This document shows positions 35,547-44,244 of a stretch of 64,000 nucleotides of DNA, in pieces; the stretch's first letter is position 1; every line of letters starts with the position of its first letter. Under the pieces are notes generated by a model that saw only the letters and a list, made by a program, of their open reading frames with translations, had not been told where the DNA came from and did not search any database. Made by a program: the position numbers and the translations under genes. The DNA comes from a virus. The stretch spans positions 32,001-96,000 of the IMG/VR virus record IMGVR_UViG_3300028920_000002. The stretch is one strand, 5' to 3'.

Positions 35547-36185
35547 ATGGCCGACACGAGCGAGTTCAGGAAGAAGCTGCGGTCGGGCGAATACGTTTCG
35601 CTGACAGGCGCCAAGCGCGCCATCGGGAAGATGAAGGGTTGGAGCGAAGTCGACCGAAACAAGGCCCGTGCGGCAGCCGAGAGGCACTTCGCCGGCGAGG
35701 AGAGTCCTCCCAAGAAGGTTGCCAAGAAGAAGACCAAGAAGAAGGCGCAGTCGAAGCCGGCGAAGAAGGCCGCTGCCAAGAAGGTGCCGAAGAAGCGCAA
35801 GGCCAAGAAGGTTCGCCGCGCCCAGAAGGCAGTGACTACGACGCATCGTGCGTCTCCCAAGCCGAGAGGCGACCAACCGGTGATGCAACGCATCGAGCTC
35901 GCCCACGCTACGGTCGGCACCTACAAGCAGGCCCTCGATACGCTCGAGCGCTGCAAGCAGCTCGCCCCGGAGGTGGACATCACCAAGGGAGTCCAGAAGG
36001 CCACCGACGGTCTGACCCAGCTGGTGCAGGGACTCTTCACCGATGTGGTGGGTACGCTCTCCCCGAATGAGGAGAAGGCGGCGCAGCTGCTGGCCAAGAG
36101 CCAGCCCAGCAACGGCGGCATGGTGGCCCCGACCCCGCCCGTCGTGACTCCCCCGCCTCAGCAGCCGCCCGGAGCTACCATCTAG
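35547..36185 (+). CDS. Histone H1-like Lys/Ala-rich DNA-binding protein
   Basis: RBS AGGAG; central KKVAKKKTKKKAQSKPAKKAAAKKVPKKRKAKK tract between helical domains. Confidence 0.68.
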   Translation: MADTSEFRKKLRSGEYVSLTGAKRAIGKMKGWSEVDRNKARAAAERHFAGEESPPKKVAKKKTKKKAQSKPAKKAAAKKVPKKRKAKKVRRAQKAVTTTHRASPKPRGDQPVMQRIELAHATVGTYKQALDTLERCKQLAPEVDITKGVQKATDGLTQLVQGLFTDVVGTLSPNEEKAAQLLAKSQPSNGGMVAPTPPVVTPPPQQPPGATI

Positions 36186-36628
36186 CTCTGGCCCTTGGGT
36201 CTCCAGACTAGGCTGAGCAGGTCCTTGTCGTCTTCGACAGTGGGGCTGCCTAGTCCCCTATGGTCACCCCTGTCCTCGATGGGGATGGCCCACCTGCGCG
36301 TGCCGTGTGGGGTCTCCAGCAGGACGTGGATGGCATCCTCATCCTTCTGGCTGGCCAGTAGCACGGCCCAGGCGTTGGTGCGCTTGACAGCCGCCTCCAT
36401 CTGAGAGCGCCAGTTGGCCTCTTCTTCAGGCAGCTCTACGATGACCGGACCGTCACGAACCATGCCGTCGTCATCAACGAAGGAGCGGCCTGGCCACGTG
36501 ATGAAGAACGGAGCGAAGCTCTCATCCTCCCACGAGTCGTAGATGGTTTGGATGCCACCTTCTTCTACTTCTCTGCACAGCTGGTCGTGGATGAATCGCT
36601 GCGAAGTATAGTAGTCCAGGTTGGCCAC
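36182..36628 (-). CDS. Hypothetical protein
   Basis: Start reassigned to GTG 36628 (VANLDYY); stop shares CTAG with the convergent gene. Confidence 0.6.
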   Translation of the reverse strand: MANLDYYTSQRFIHDQLCREVEEGGIQTIYDSWEDESFAPFFITWPGRSFVDDDGMVRDGPVIVELPEEEANWRSQMEAAVKRTNAWAVLLASQKDEDAIHVLLETPHGTRRWAIPIEDRGDHRGLGSPTVEDDKDLLSLVWRPKGQS

Positions 36629-36637
36629 GGTTGAACT

Positions 36638-36943
36638 ATGAGCCGAACACACCAGGCGATGCAAGTCTTTCGTCGGGAGCTGCGCAGCCGATTCCCTCGT
36701 CTCAAGCGCGCGGCGCACGTAGATGAGCTACTGATAGAGCCAGGCGTACACGGGGAATTCACGCTCGTGTTGCGCTGGTCGCGAGGACCAACCGGCCCGG
36801 GGGAGTACCGCAAGTACTTCAGTCGGCAGTTCGTATTGGGGAGGACGGCTACTGCATCTCCGCTGCAGCAACGGCCGAAGATGAAGACCTGTAGATTCGT
36901 CGACCAGGTAGCGGAGGAAGTTCTCAGAGCAAGAGGTGTCTGA
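36638..36943 (+). CDS. Hypothetical basic protein
   Basis: 101 aa, first gene of a long coupled plus-strand run. Confidence 0.6.
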   Translation: MSRTHQAMQVFRRELRSRFPRLKRAAHVDELLIEPGVHGEFTLVLRWSRGPTGPGEYRKYFSRQFVLGRTATASPLQQRPKMKTCRFVDQVAEEVLRARGV

Positions 36944-37391
36944 AGTACCGGGTGCGGTGAGCACCGTCATATCAGTCGTCTGCAGCCACTTTGGGGTGAC
37001 CCAGTCTTCGCTGCTAGGCACGAGAAGAACGGGCAGCATACCCAAAGCGCGCATGATGGCCTACTTCCTCCTGCGCGAGAGGTTTCAGTACAGCTACCCC
37101 CAGATAGCCGCTGCGTTCAAGAAGGACAGCAGCACTATCATCCAAGGCTACAAGAAGCTCAAGCAGCAGATGCAGAGCGACGTAGACCTAATGGCAGCCG
37201 CAACGCTGCTGATGAAGAAAGTGGAGCGGCTGGTTACCTTGAGCAGCGGTAACGTCATCTATACCACGGTGTCGACCCCGGTGAGGGCGCGCTTGGAGGA
37301 GCTGCTCAAGACAGGGATGTACGGAAACGACCTCGGAGACGTGGTCGAGAGATTGGTGTGTCAGCAACTGCAAGGATTGAAGAGCAAATGA
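36936..37391 (+). CDS. DnaA domain IV (Bac_DnaA_C) HTH fused to a C-terminal ribbon-helix-helix
   Basis: VCSHFGVTQSSLLGTRR...ARMMAYFLLRE...SYPQIAAAFKKDSSTII aligns by eye to DnaA domain IV; VIYTTVSTPVRARLEELL...GMYGNDLGDVVERL is RHH-like. Confidence 0.8.
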   Translation: MSEVPGAVSTVISVVCSHFGVTQSSLLGTRRTGSIPKARMMAYFLLRERFQYSYPQIAAAFKKDSSTIIQGYKKLKQQMQSDVDLMAAATLLMKKVERLVTLSSGNVIYTTVSTPVRARLEELLKTGMYGNDLGDVVERLVCQQLQGLKSK

Positions 37392-37690
37392 ATCTAGCTA
37401 CCCACTATGCCGAAGCCACTGAGTGGAACCTGGCAACACTCAGTGAGTTGTGCCACCTGAAGTCCAGCAGCCAGGTACGAATCAACCGGCAGACCAGCAT
37501 CTGCCAGAAGATGCTGCAGGTGTGTCAAGAGTGGGAGCCGGAGATTGTGTGGGGCACGGACCCAGATGACGTGCGCTCGCTGTTTCGCCGCGTGGCACCC
37601 AGAGTGTGGAACCTGCTCAAGGCAGCGAAGGAAGAACCGGAAGGGCTCGAGGTAGCTCTCCTCAAGTGGAGAAGGGAACGAGCGGGATGA
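37388..37690 (+). CDS. Hypothetical protein
   Basis: ATGA coupling at 37388. Confidence 0.65.
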   Translation: MNLATHYAEATEWNLATLSELCHLKSSSQVRINRQTSICQKMLQVCQEWEPEIVWGTDPDDVRSLFRRVAPRVWNLLKAAKEEPEGLEVALLKWRRERAG

Positions 37691-37860
37691 ACAATACCCA
37701 TTGTGACCTCTGTACTGACCCGTACGGTAGGAAGAAGCCCTGCAAGGTGACAGGTATGTCCAAGCTCGGCATCAAGAACGTGTGTCAGGAGTGCGCGGAG
37801 TTCCTGCTAGTAGGCACGCGTCCCAAGAAGAAGAGCAAGAAGGCAGCGAGGAAGAAGTGA
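37687..37860 (+). CDS. Zn-finger microprotein with basic tail
   Basis: ATGA coupling; CDLC...CQEC; KKKSKKAARKK. Confidence 0.62.
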   Translation: MNNTHCDLCTDPYGRKKPCKVTGMSKLGIKNVCQECAEFLLVGTRPKKKSKKAARKK

Positions 37861-38046
37861 ATGGCTAGGCACTACAAAATCATCATCAAGGTGGCGTACG
37901 AGGAAGGCACCATTCCTGAGAAGGGAATGGAGGATGACCTACGTCGGGGAGTAGATGCAGCCGTACAGATTGGCTTGCTCAACGATGCGGACGCTAACGC
38001 AGTGGTAGAGGAGTACGACGTTGAAGTGGAGGAAGTGACCAAGTGA
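37861..38046 (+). CDS. Small acidic hypothetical protein
   Basis: 61 aa, abuts both neighbours. Confidence 0.65.
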   Translation: MARHYKIIIKVAYEEGTIPEKGMEDDLRRGVDAAVQIGLLNDADANAVVEEYDVEVEEVTK

Positions 38047-38822
38047 ACATCGTCAAACCAAGCTACGAAATCCTGGGCATCTTCCCAGGTGAAGAAGACT
38101 GCCTGCAGTGGCTCGAGCGCATCGGGCGCACCTGCTACAAGAGCGAGGACAAAATCACTGCAGAGAGCGCACCCAAGTTCGTGCGCAGCATACTGAAGCT
38201 GGACCGGATGGAGAAACTGGCGAGCAGGTTTCTATCGATTGCCACAGACCCGGAATACGATGGTCCGCATGAGGCCGTGATGGCTTTGATGGAGGCTGTG
38301 CATGACATGCTCGCCGACCCTCCGCACGAGTCCGTCATCGAGCACAGCCTGATGACCGTACGGTTCGTTTTCGACCGGGGCATCTCTCACGAGATGGTGC
38401 GTCACCGCCTATGTGCCTTCAGCCAGGAATCCACCCGCTACTGCAATTACGGCAAGGGCGACGACATCAACTTCATCAAGCCTCCGTTCTGGCCGGAGGA
38501 AGACAGCGGAGACTCAGCCGTGAGCGAGTCAGAGCCCTACGATGTTTGGGAGCACGCTTGTTTGACGGCAGAGAGCGATTACAACGCCCTGGTCAACTTT
38601 CACAAGGCCAAGCCCGAGCAAGCCCGCTCCGTGCTTCCCAACTCCCTCAAGACGGAGATTGTCGTCTCAACCAACTTCCGTGAGTGGCGCCACATCTTCA
38701 GGCTGCGCACCAGCAAGCGCGCTCACCCGCAGATTCGGGAAGTCATGGTGCCTCTGCTGAAGGAGCTCAAGGCCAAGCCCAACCTGGGCCTGCTCTTCAG
38801 TGACATCGAGGTGACCGAATGA
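38043..38822 (+). CDS. thyX: FAD-dependent thymidylate synthase
   Basis: HESVIEH, RGISHEMVRHRLCAFSQESTRY signature, NFREWRHIFRLR...AHPQIRE. Confidence 0.95.
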   Translation: MNIVKPSYEILGIFPGEEDCLQWLERIGRTCYKSEDKITAESAPKFVRSILKLDRMEKLASRFLSIATDPEYDGPHEAVMALMEAVHDMLADPPHESVIEHSLMTVRFVFDRGISHEMVRHRLCAFSQESTRYCNYGKGDDINFIKPPFWPEEDSGDSAVSESEPYDVWEHACLTAESDYNALVNFHKAKPEQARSVLPNSLKTEIVVSTNFREWRHIFRLRTSKRAHPQIREVMVPLLKELKAKPNLGLLFSDIEVTE

Positions 38823-39265
38823 AAGCGACAGTGAAGACAACGACGTACTCACCGAGAGACAACTTCTGCCGAGGCGTGGCAGAGCTGCTGCAGAAGGCAG
38901 CGGAGGATGGCACCGGCACCGACGACACCACCGATGCCATCTGCGTGTTGGCCAACAAGTGCTTCAGCACAGGGGCTGACTATCCAGACCTGCCCCGACC
39001 GGACTACGTCGACGACCAGATGACCGTGACCTACATCGAAGAGTGGTCGGACTGGTTCTACGCGAACACCGAGACGTTCGAGGGCGAGCTCGGCATGCAG
39101 TTGGCCTACCTGTGGCCGGCCATCATCAAGGGGAACCAGATTGAGGTCGACATCGACTCGGCCATCGTACGGGTGCTCAACGAGAATGCGGTGCCCAACG
39201 ATGAGCAGCCGGAACCCAACTCCATCTGGTCCTACATCGACGCCGTGGCCGAGGTGAGCGAATGA
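38819..39265 (+). CDS. Hypothetical protein, C-terminal domain paralogous to 40448-40885
   Basis: WSDWFYANTETF...QLAYLWPAII...IWSYI. Confidence 0.75.
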   Translation: MKATVKTTTYSPRDNFCRGVAELLQKAAEDGTGTDDTTDAICVLANKCFSTGADYPDLPRPDYVDDQMTVTYIEEWSDWFYANTETFEGELGMQLAYLWPAIIKGNQIEVDIDSAIVRVLNENAVPNDEQPEPNSIWSYIDAVAEVSE

Positions 39266-39462
39266 AACCGCTCTACAAGACGACCATCGTCATCTGGTCG
39301 GCCTACGACCCAGAAAAGTCGAGTATGGAACTTGAGGACTTGGCTCACGACGCCACAGTAGGAGAGGCGTACTGCTCCAAGCAGAAGAGCGAGCGGGTAG
39401 AGAAGCCGGAAGAAAACCCTGATTGGGACGGCACCGAGTTCTTTGGAGACGAGGATGATTGA
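39262..39462 (+). CDS. Small hypothetical protein
   Basis: ATGA coupling, 66 aa. Confidence 0.65.
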   Translation: MKPLYKTTIVIWSAYDPEKSSMELEDLAHDATVGEAYCSKQKSERVEKPEENPDWDGTEFFGDEDD

Positions 39463-39682
39463 CCCATCTCTGGAAGAGCTGGAGAAGGCAGAAGCACGAT
39501 TCCTCGAGGCTCATGGGTGGAGTCCCGTGCCCAAGCCTCGAGGGGCTGAGAACAACCCGGAAGTTCCTCAGTGGTGGAGAGACCAGTTCGCTGAGGAGGG
39601 AGAGATGAAGGAGTACCGGCAAGACACGGCCGTGGAGTTGCAGAAGGCACGGCTCGTAGACCTGATGAGGTACGAAGGATGA
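39455..39682 (+). CDS. Small hypothetical protein
   Basis: Start reassigned to ATG 39455. Confidence 0.6.
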   Translation: MIDPSLEELEKAEARFLEAHGWSPVPKPRGAENNPEVPQWWRDQFAEEGEMKEYRQDTAVELQKARLVDLMRYEG

Positions 39683-40113
39683 CTTACGACCAGGTATCCA
39701 TCGCATTCGACAATCTGCGTGAGCTCGTGGGCGAACTGTACGTACATGAACCTTGTGGAGGGCCTCTTCACATCATCACTGATGATGGAAACATCGAAGA
39801 CACACATCTCGTTAGCTGCTATCGGTGGCTGCACGGGGAGAAGAACACGGCCTTCATCACTTCGGTGTGCAAGGCCATCCTCCATGAGCTCATGCTACTG
39901 ACTGAAGCACAGAGGCTCTTGTGGTGGCTGGAGGGTTCTATCCGAGAACTGAAGCTGGACCCGGTACGTCTTGCCTTCGAGGCTGGTGCAGAGAAGGCGT
40001 ACATCGTGGATAAAAGCAATGGTAGCTACGGCGCCCGGTTGGTAGGTGGAGCAAAGGGCTCCACGTGGTCCTGGGATGGGCTGGAGCAGACCAGGGAAAG
40101 GATGAAGAAGTGA
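39679..40113 (+). CDS. Hypothetical protein (GGPLHIITDDGN motif)
   Basis: ATGA coupling, 144 aa. Confidence 0.7.
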   Translation: MTYDQVSIAFDNLRELVGELYVHEPCGGPLHIITDDGNIEDTHLVSCYRWLHGEKNTAFITSVCKAILHELMLLTEAQRLLWWLEGSIRELKLDPVRLAFEAGAEKAYIVDKSNGSYGARLVGGAKGSTWSWDGLEQTRERMKK

Positions 40114-40451
40114 AAGAACCCAAGGTCAGTCCGAAGCCTACATTCTGCGGGCACAAGATGGAGTGGGTCGAGCGCGCGATGCCCAACTACTTCGGCTCGT
40201 TCTGGATGTACCGAAGCAAGGACAGGAAAGTGGTCGTTCGCGCTTGGCCAGCACAGAAGACAGAGAATGACGATTGGGTGATGCCTCCAGAAGTACTGAT
40301 GGTGATAGACCACGCGCATGAAGAGTTCGTCGGCAGGTATAAGACGCACAAGGAGTTGCTACGCGTGCTGAAGCGGGCAGAGTCAGAACTGATGCGTCAG
40401 TACAAGGAAGCAGCCAAGGAGTACAAGATGCTCCTAGAGGTGGTGAAATGA
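40110..40451 (+). CDS. Hypothetical protein
   Basis: GTGA coupling at 40110. Confidence 0.62.
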   Translation: MKEPKVSPKPTFCGHKMEWVERAMPNYFGSFWMYRSKDRKVVVRAWPAQKTENDDWVMPPEVLMVIDHAHEEFVGRYKTHKELLRVLKRAESELMRQYKEAAKEYKMLLEVVK

Positions 40452-40885
40452 AGTTCAACGTCGACTGGTCTAAGACCTACGTGGCCAGCGGAATCGTGCA
40501 GGTGGAAGCTGAAACGCGAGACGAGGCGGAGAACATCGTGGCTGAGCGAATGGGAAACTATTCAGGCTCGATGAACTACGTTGACGACGAGGACCATGTC
40601 CACGCCTACCCTGTGGATGGAGAGCCGCCTCACCCGGAGCTGCCGAGGCCAGATAGCGACCTGACCATCATCAGGTTCATTCGACAGTGGTCAGAATGGT
40701 TCTACGCGCACACCGAGGTCTTCGGCTGCGGTCTGTCACTGCAGCTGGCCTACTTGTGGCCGGCTATCGTCAAAGACAAGTACATAGATGCCCCCGATAG
40801 CTCTGAGCTCGTCAAGCTCTTGCAGGAGCATGTGGTTCCTGAAGACAACGCCATCTGGTCCTATATCCATATCGAGGCAGAGTGA
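40448..40885 (+). CDS. Hypothetical protein, C-terminal domain paralogous to 38819-39265
   Basis: WSEWFYAHTEVF...QLAYLWPAIV...IWSYI. Confidence 0.75.
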   Translation: MKFNVDWSKTYVASGIVQVEAETRDEAENIVAERMGNYSGSMNYVDDEDHVHAYPVDGEPPHPELPRPDSDLTIIRFIRQWSEWFYAHTEVFGCGLSLQLAYLWPAIVKDKYIDAPDSSELVKLLQEHVVPEDNAIWSYIHIEAE

Positions 40886-41178
40886 GCCGAGAAGTTCATG
40901 GTTCCGTGAAGTGGCGGGACGTGGAGCTGCAGGTGTCATCCAAAGAGAAGGGCGACACCAATTGGCACTACCGAGAGAATGGTACGGAGCTCATGCTTCG
41001 CTATGTTGGAGCACTGGATACCTACCGCGCCACCATCAACGCCATGGGGCTGCAAGGCTTTGGTGTTGGCTATAGCCCGGATGATGCATTGGACGGAGCA
41101 GTGGACAGCTTGGCCGGGAAGGTCGCAAAGGTGGAGGTAGTGCTCACCCGATTTGCCAAGCAGGAGGAGATTGGGTGA
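40882..41178 (+). CDS. Hypothetical protein
   Basis: GTGA coupling, 98 aa. Confidence 0.65.
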   Translation: MSREVHGSVKWRDVELQVSSKEKGDTNWHYRENGTELMLRYVGALDTYRATINAMGLQGFGVGYSPDDALDGAVDSLAGKVAKVEVVLTRFAKQEEIG

Positions 41179-41351
41179 CCGATAAGAAGGAGAAACGTGC
41201 TCCTCTGGAGCGCTGCGTCATGTGCCTACACTACCGCTCGAGTCCTCAGGGCGTCGTTTGTCATAAGCGGAAGGATGGGCCACTCGACAATGGGATGGGA
41301 TGGTGTCCAGAGTTCACTGACATCGTTCACAGCGGGAAGAAAGAGAAGTGA
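41175..41351 (+). CDS. Cys4 microprotein (58 aa, not in the ORF track)
   Basis: GTGA coupling at both ends; VTDKKEKRAPLERCVMCLHY...VVCHK...GWCPEF. Confidence 0.62.
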   Translation: MTDKKEKRAPLERCVMCLHYRSSPQGVVCHKRKDGPLDNGMGWCPEFTDIVHSGKKEK

Positions 41352-41542
41352 GCGACAAGAGCCAGGCAAGAGCTGTGCAGCGAGTCAGCGGTTGGCCCTA
41401 CCAGAAGTGTCTGCAGTGGGTTCGTGCGGGTAAGACCGTCATCATGAAGTGGAGCATCTACCACGCCATCACCAACAGCGAGGCTGCAGTCAAGCTCTGG
41501 AAGGAGACGGAGGGTGTCAAGACGACTAAGCTTTCAAACTGA
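41348..41542 (+). CDS. Small hypothetical protein
   Basis: GTGA coupling, 64 aa. Confidence 0.55.
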   Translation: MSDKSQARAVQRVSGWPYQKCLQWVRAGKTVIMKWSIYHAITNSEAAVKLWKETEGVKTTKLSN

Positions 41543-41753
41543 CATCACTCTTGTTCTTCACCGTTGCTGGAAGTGTGGCAACTGGTGGGGTGTGGAAGAA
41601 AGGGTGAGTACCTCATCCACACTGTGCCCCTGCTGTACACATGCGGAGAACGAGAGTCTGCGAGGTACGGTGACTCAACTGGGAGCCACCATCAGCGCGC
41701 TCAAAGGAGCGCTCACCAAGGCTAAGAAGCGGTGGCAGAAGAAGGGGAAGTAG
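41514..41753 (+). CDS. Zn-ribbon + coiled-coil microprotein
   Basis: CWKCG...CPCC then heptad repeats. Confidence 0.6.
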   Translation: MSRRLSFQTDITLVLHRCWKCGNWWGVEERVSTSSTLCPCCTHAENESLRGTVTQLGATISALKGALTKAKKRWQKKGK

Positions 41754-41902
41754 AGAAGGCTCGGGCGATGCAGCATCGGGCGGAGGCGTGGCGCTCTCGC
41801 GCCGGCGCCTTCGCTAGCTTTGCTCTCGGCCTTCTCTACTTGGCGGGGGCCTGGTTCGTCTGGAAGATTGGTTGGATTCTGTATGGAGCATTGAAACCAT
41901 GA
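41732..41902 (+). CDS. Small membrane protein (56 aa, not in the ORF track)
   Basis: AGAFASFALGLLYLAGAWFVWKIGWILYG hydrophobic helix; stop overlaps next ATG; start could be ATG 41768. Confidence 0.5.
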   Translation: MAEEGEVEKARAMQHRAEAWRSRAGAFASFALGLLYLAGAWFVWKIGWILYGALKP

Positions 41903-42117
41903 AGAAATACGCGGTGGCCTACACCTACATCGCTGACAACGACCTAGAAATTGAGTTCGTGGAAGCCGAGTCGTGTCGAGACGCCATCATCCAGGTAATC
42001 CGTAAGCAGGACTGGCCCGAAGACCAGTGCCAGCAGTTGCCCGAGGACCTTGAGGCAATCAAGGAATGGATGTTCAACGGAGACAGCCTAGTCGACGTGA
42101 AGGAGCTACCACAATGA
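41899..42117 (+). CDS. Small hypothetical protein
   Basis: ATGA coupling at 41899 (MKKYAVAY). Confidence 0.65.
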   Translation: MKKYAVAYTYIADNDLEIEFVEAESCRDAIIQVIRKQDWPEDQCQQLPEDLEAIKEWMFNGDSLVDVKELPQ

Positions 42118-42860
42118 TTGTAGGAATCAGCGGGCTGTCCGGTAGCGGCAAGAGCGCTGCCGGCGACGTCCTGGTGAAGAACCATGGCTTCGTGGCCGTG
42201 GCATTCGCTGACGTCATGAAGCGCATCTGCATTGAGGTCTTCGACTTCACGCCCGAGCAGGTGTGGGGAGACGGGAAGAATGAACCTGACGCCAGGTACC
42301 CCATACTTTGCCGCAACTGTGGTTGTACTGGGCGTTCGGTAGTCAGTCCCATTCACTTCGGTCATTGCTGCAGCAAAGAGTGCGCCTACGAGTTTGATGA
42401 CAGGGACGGCATCGGTCAGGTTCTAGGAGAGTGTGGAGGCGGTGAAGGTGATGAGCAGTACCTCACTCCGCGTAAGGCTCTTCAGAAGCTCGGGTCGTGG
42501 GGTAGAGACTGCTACTCCGACGTCTGGGCTGAGGCAGCTTTGCGGGATGCCAAGCTCATCTTGGACAAGCACAAGGATTACAACCGAGAGGTGGGTCCGC
42601 TGCTCGGGTGCGACCGTGACTACGAGGGCGTCGTCATCACCGATGTCCGCTTCAAGAACGAGATGAAGGCGGTGAAGGATGCCGGTGGGAAGCTCGTTCG
42701 CATAGTCCGGCCAGGCTACGAGAAGCCACAGTGGGACCACCCCAGTGAGACCGAGCAGCTCGAGGTGCCGGATGAGGAGTTCGACTACATCCTGGAGAAC
42801 GTAGGGGACTTGAAGGTCCTAGAGTTGTACACCGACCGGATGATGGAGGCACTTCGGTGA
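42114..42860 (+). CDS. Deoxynucleoside monophosphate kinase with Cys-rich insert
   Basis: MIVGISGLSGSGKS P-loop, AFADVMK, TPRKALQKLG, VVITDVRFKNE. Confidence 0.88.
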   Translation: MIVGISGLSGSGKSAAGDVLVKNHGFVAVAFADVMKRICIEVFDFTPEQVWGDGKNEPDARYPILCRNCGCTGRSVVSPIHFGHCCSKECAYEFDDRDGIGQVLGECGGGEGDEQYLTPRKALQKLGSWGRDCYSDVWAEAALRDAKLILDKHKDYNREVGPLLGCDRDYEGVVITDVRFKNEMKAVKDAGGKLVRIVRPGYEKPQWDHPSETEQLEVPDEEFDYILENVGDLKVLELYTDRMMEALR

Positions 42861-43192
42861 CTGGTAAGAAGGTCTGGTGGGTGTACATGATTCAGTCCCG
42901 CAGGCCGACGTGTACGGGAGTCGAATATGGGCGGAAGCCGGACGGGGTCATCTACATCGGAGTCACCACGAATATCGAGCGGCGTATCAAGCAGCACAAC
43001 GAGGGCAAGGGGGCGAGGTACACACGGGGGCGCGGTCCGTGGACCACCCTGGCTTGCCACTCCTACAACAGTCGCAGCGACGCGTTGAAGGTAGAGGCTC
43101 GGTTGAAGAAGCTCAGCCACGCGCAGAAGTACGATGTGTCCGCTTTGCCTGACCCCAGGCATCCACAAGACCCCAACCCCTGGGTTCCGTAG
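42857..43192 (+). CDS. GIY-YIG endonuclease (short UPF0213 type)
   Basis: WVYMI...IYIGVTTNIERRIKQHNEGKGARYTRGRGPW...ALKVE. Confidence 0.9.
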   Translation: MTGKKVWWVYMIQSRRPTCTGVEYGRKPDGVIYIGVTTNIERRIKQHNEGKGARYTRGRGPWTTLACHSYNSRSDALKVEARLKKLSHAQKYDVSALPDPRHPQDPNPWVP

Positions 43193-43193
43193 C

Positions 43194-43212
43194 GTGATAG
43201 TATCCCAGCATG
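43194..43212 (+). promoter_or_regulatory. Extended -10 promoter, probably leaderless transcript
   Basis: CGTGaTAGTAT followed 6 nt later by ATG 43210, which has no Shine-Dalgarno. Confidence 0.45.
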
Positions 43213-43611
43213 GCTCAACCTCTCGAGTTCACCCTCAGTCAGCAGGAATACGAGGCTCTTGTAGCCCTAGCGCGTCGTGGCTGTGTTGATAGCGAGGGGA
43301 ACACAGACGTGCAGAAGCTAAGAGACTTGGAGGCGTTCCTACGCCTCATCGAGAAGAACAATGGTGTCACTCGGGATGCAGTGTGGGTTCAGTGGCAGGA
43401 GCTAGACGCTCCGCTGCCGGCCGGCACCAACTTCCCAGATGAGTGGCCGGTGAACATGCGCGCCTATGTGGAGTACGTAACTCGAGCCGTCAACCAGAGC
43501 GACGTCGAGGCGGTACTCGAAGCTCAGGCCAAGAATCCCACGAGCGTCCTGGTCACTAGAGACCCGGGCGCCCGAGTGGGCTGGACTCCCATTGACGACT
43601 TCTTCAGATAG
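43210..43611 (+). CDS. Hypothetical protein
   Basis: 133 aa, protein-like composition. Confidence 0.72.
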   Translation: MAQPLEFTLSQQEYEALVALARRGCVDSEGNTDVQKLRDLEAFLRLIEKNNGVTRDAVWVQWQELDAPLPAGTNFPDEWPVNMRAYVEYVTRAVNQSDVEAVLEAQAKNPTSVLVTRDPGARVGWTPIDDFFR

Positions 43612-43612
43612 G

Positions 43613-43873
43613 GTGGACCTCCGTACCGTTCATGTGCGCACACACATGAATGCGGAGTATGTCTTCCCGGACATGGACATCGCAGAGCTCAAGAAGGCCC
43701 TGCCCGAGAGTGGACGCATCACCACGTCAAATCCGACGCTGGCGCTCATCAACGCAAGCTTCGCGGTGATTTCAATTCCATTTCGCATTGTCTCCACCAT
43801 CGAAGCGGAGGATGATGCGGCGGAGATGGAGCTGCTATGGGCCTGCCCTGCGTCAACTGCAAGCGAGACATAG
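43613..43873 (+). CDS. Small hypothetical protein
   Basis: GTG 43613, 1 nt after the previous stop; start uncertain. Confidence 0.55.
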   Translation: MDLRTVHVRTHMNAEYVFPDMDIAELKKALPESGRITTSNPTLALINASFAVISIPFRIVSTIEAEDDAAEMELLWACPASTASET

Positions 43874-44244
43874 CGGAGAACGAGGCTGAGTTCTTCGCGG
43901 GCATCTTGGTCTGCAAGGACTGCAACCGAGTCGCCACGCACCTGTGCGAGCGTGCACACAAGGAGCTCAAGTGGCTGCTGCTGATGCACCAAGAGCTCAT
44001 CCGCAACGCCATCGTTCAAGGGAAGCTTCAGCTGCAAGTACAACAGGGGCTGGAAGAGGTCTCGAGGGACGAGCTTCTGGAGGCCCTTGCTAAGATGGCC
44101 AGACAAGCCAGGGAAGAGCAGGAACGTGAATGTCCACTCCCACTACCTACAACGAGAAGGACGGTCTCGAAGGAGAGTACGACGTCCAATGCTCGCACCC
44201 TGGATGCGGATGGGAAGCCAAGCTCCGACTCGAACTCGGAGTAG
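43837..44244 (+). CDS. Zn-finger + helical protein
   Basis: CVNC...CKDC. Confidence 0.68.
   Translation: MGLPCVNCKRDIAENEAEFFAGILVCKDCNRVATHLCERAHKELKWLLLMHQELIRNAIVQGKLQLQVQQGLEEVSRDELLEALAKMARQAREEQERECPLPLPTTRRTVSKESTTSNARTLDADGKPSSDSNSE

Noticed and set aside
35690-35830. KxA motifs in the histone-like protein as protease sites
   Set aside because: Expected from its extreme Lys/Ala composition; lacks the preceding acidic helix and following zipper seen in head proteins
38190-38330. Intein in ThyX (extra segment before HESVIEH)
   Set aside because: Only about 35 aa, no Cys/Ser start or His-Asn end; best read as a helical insertion
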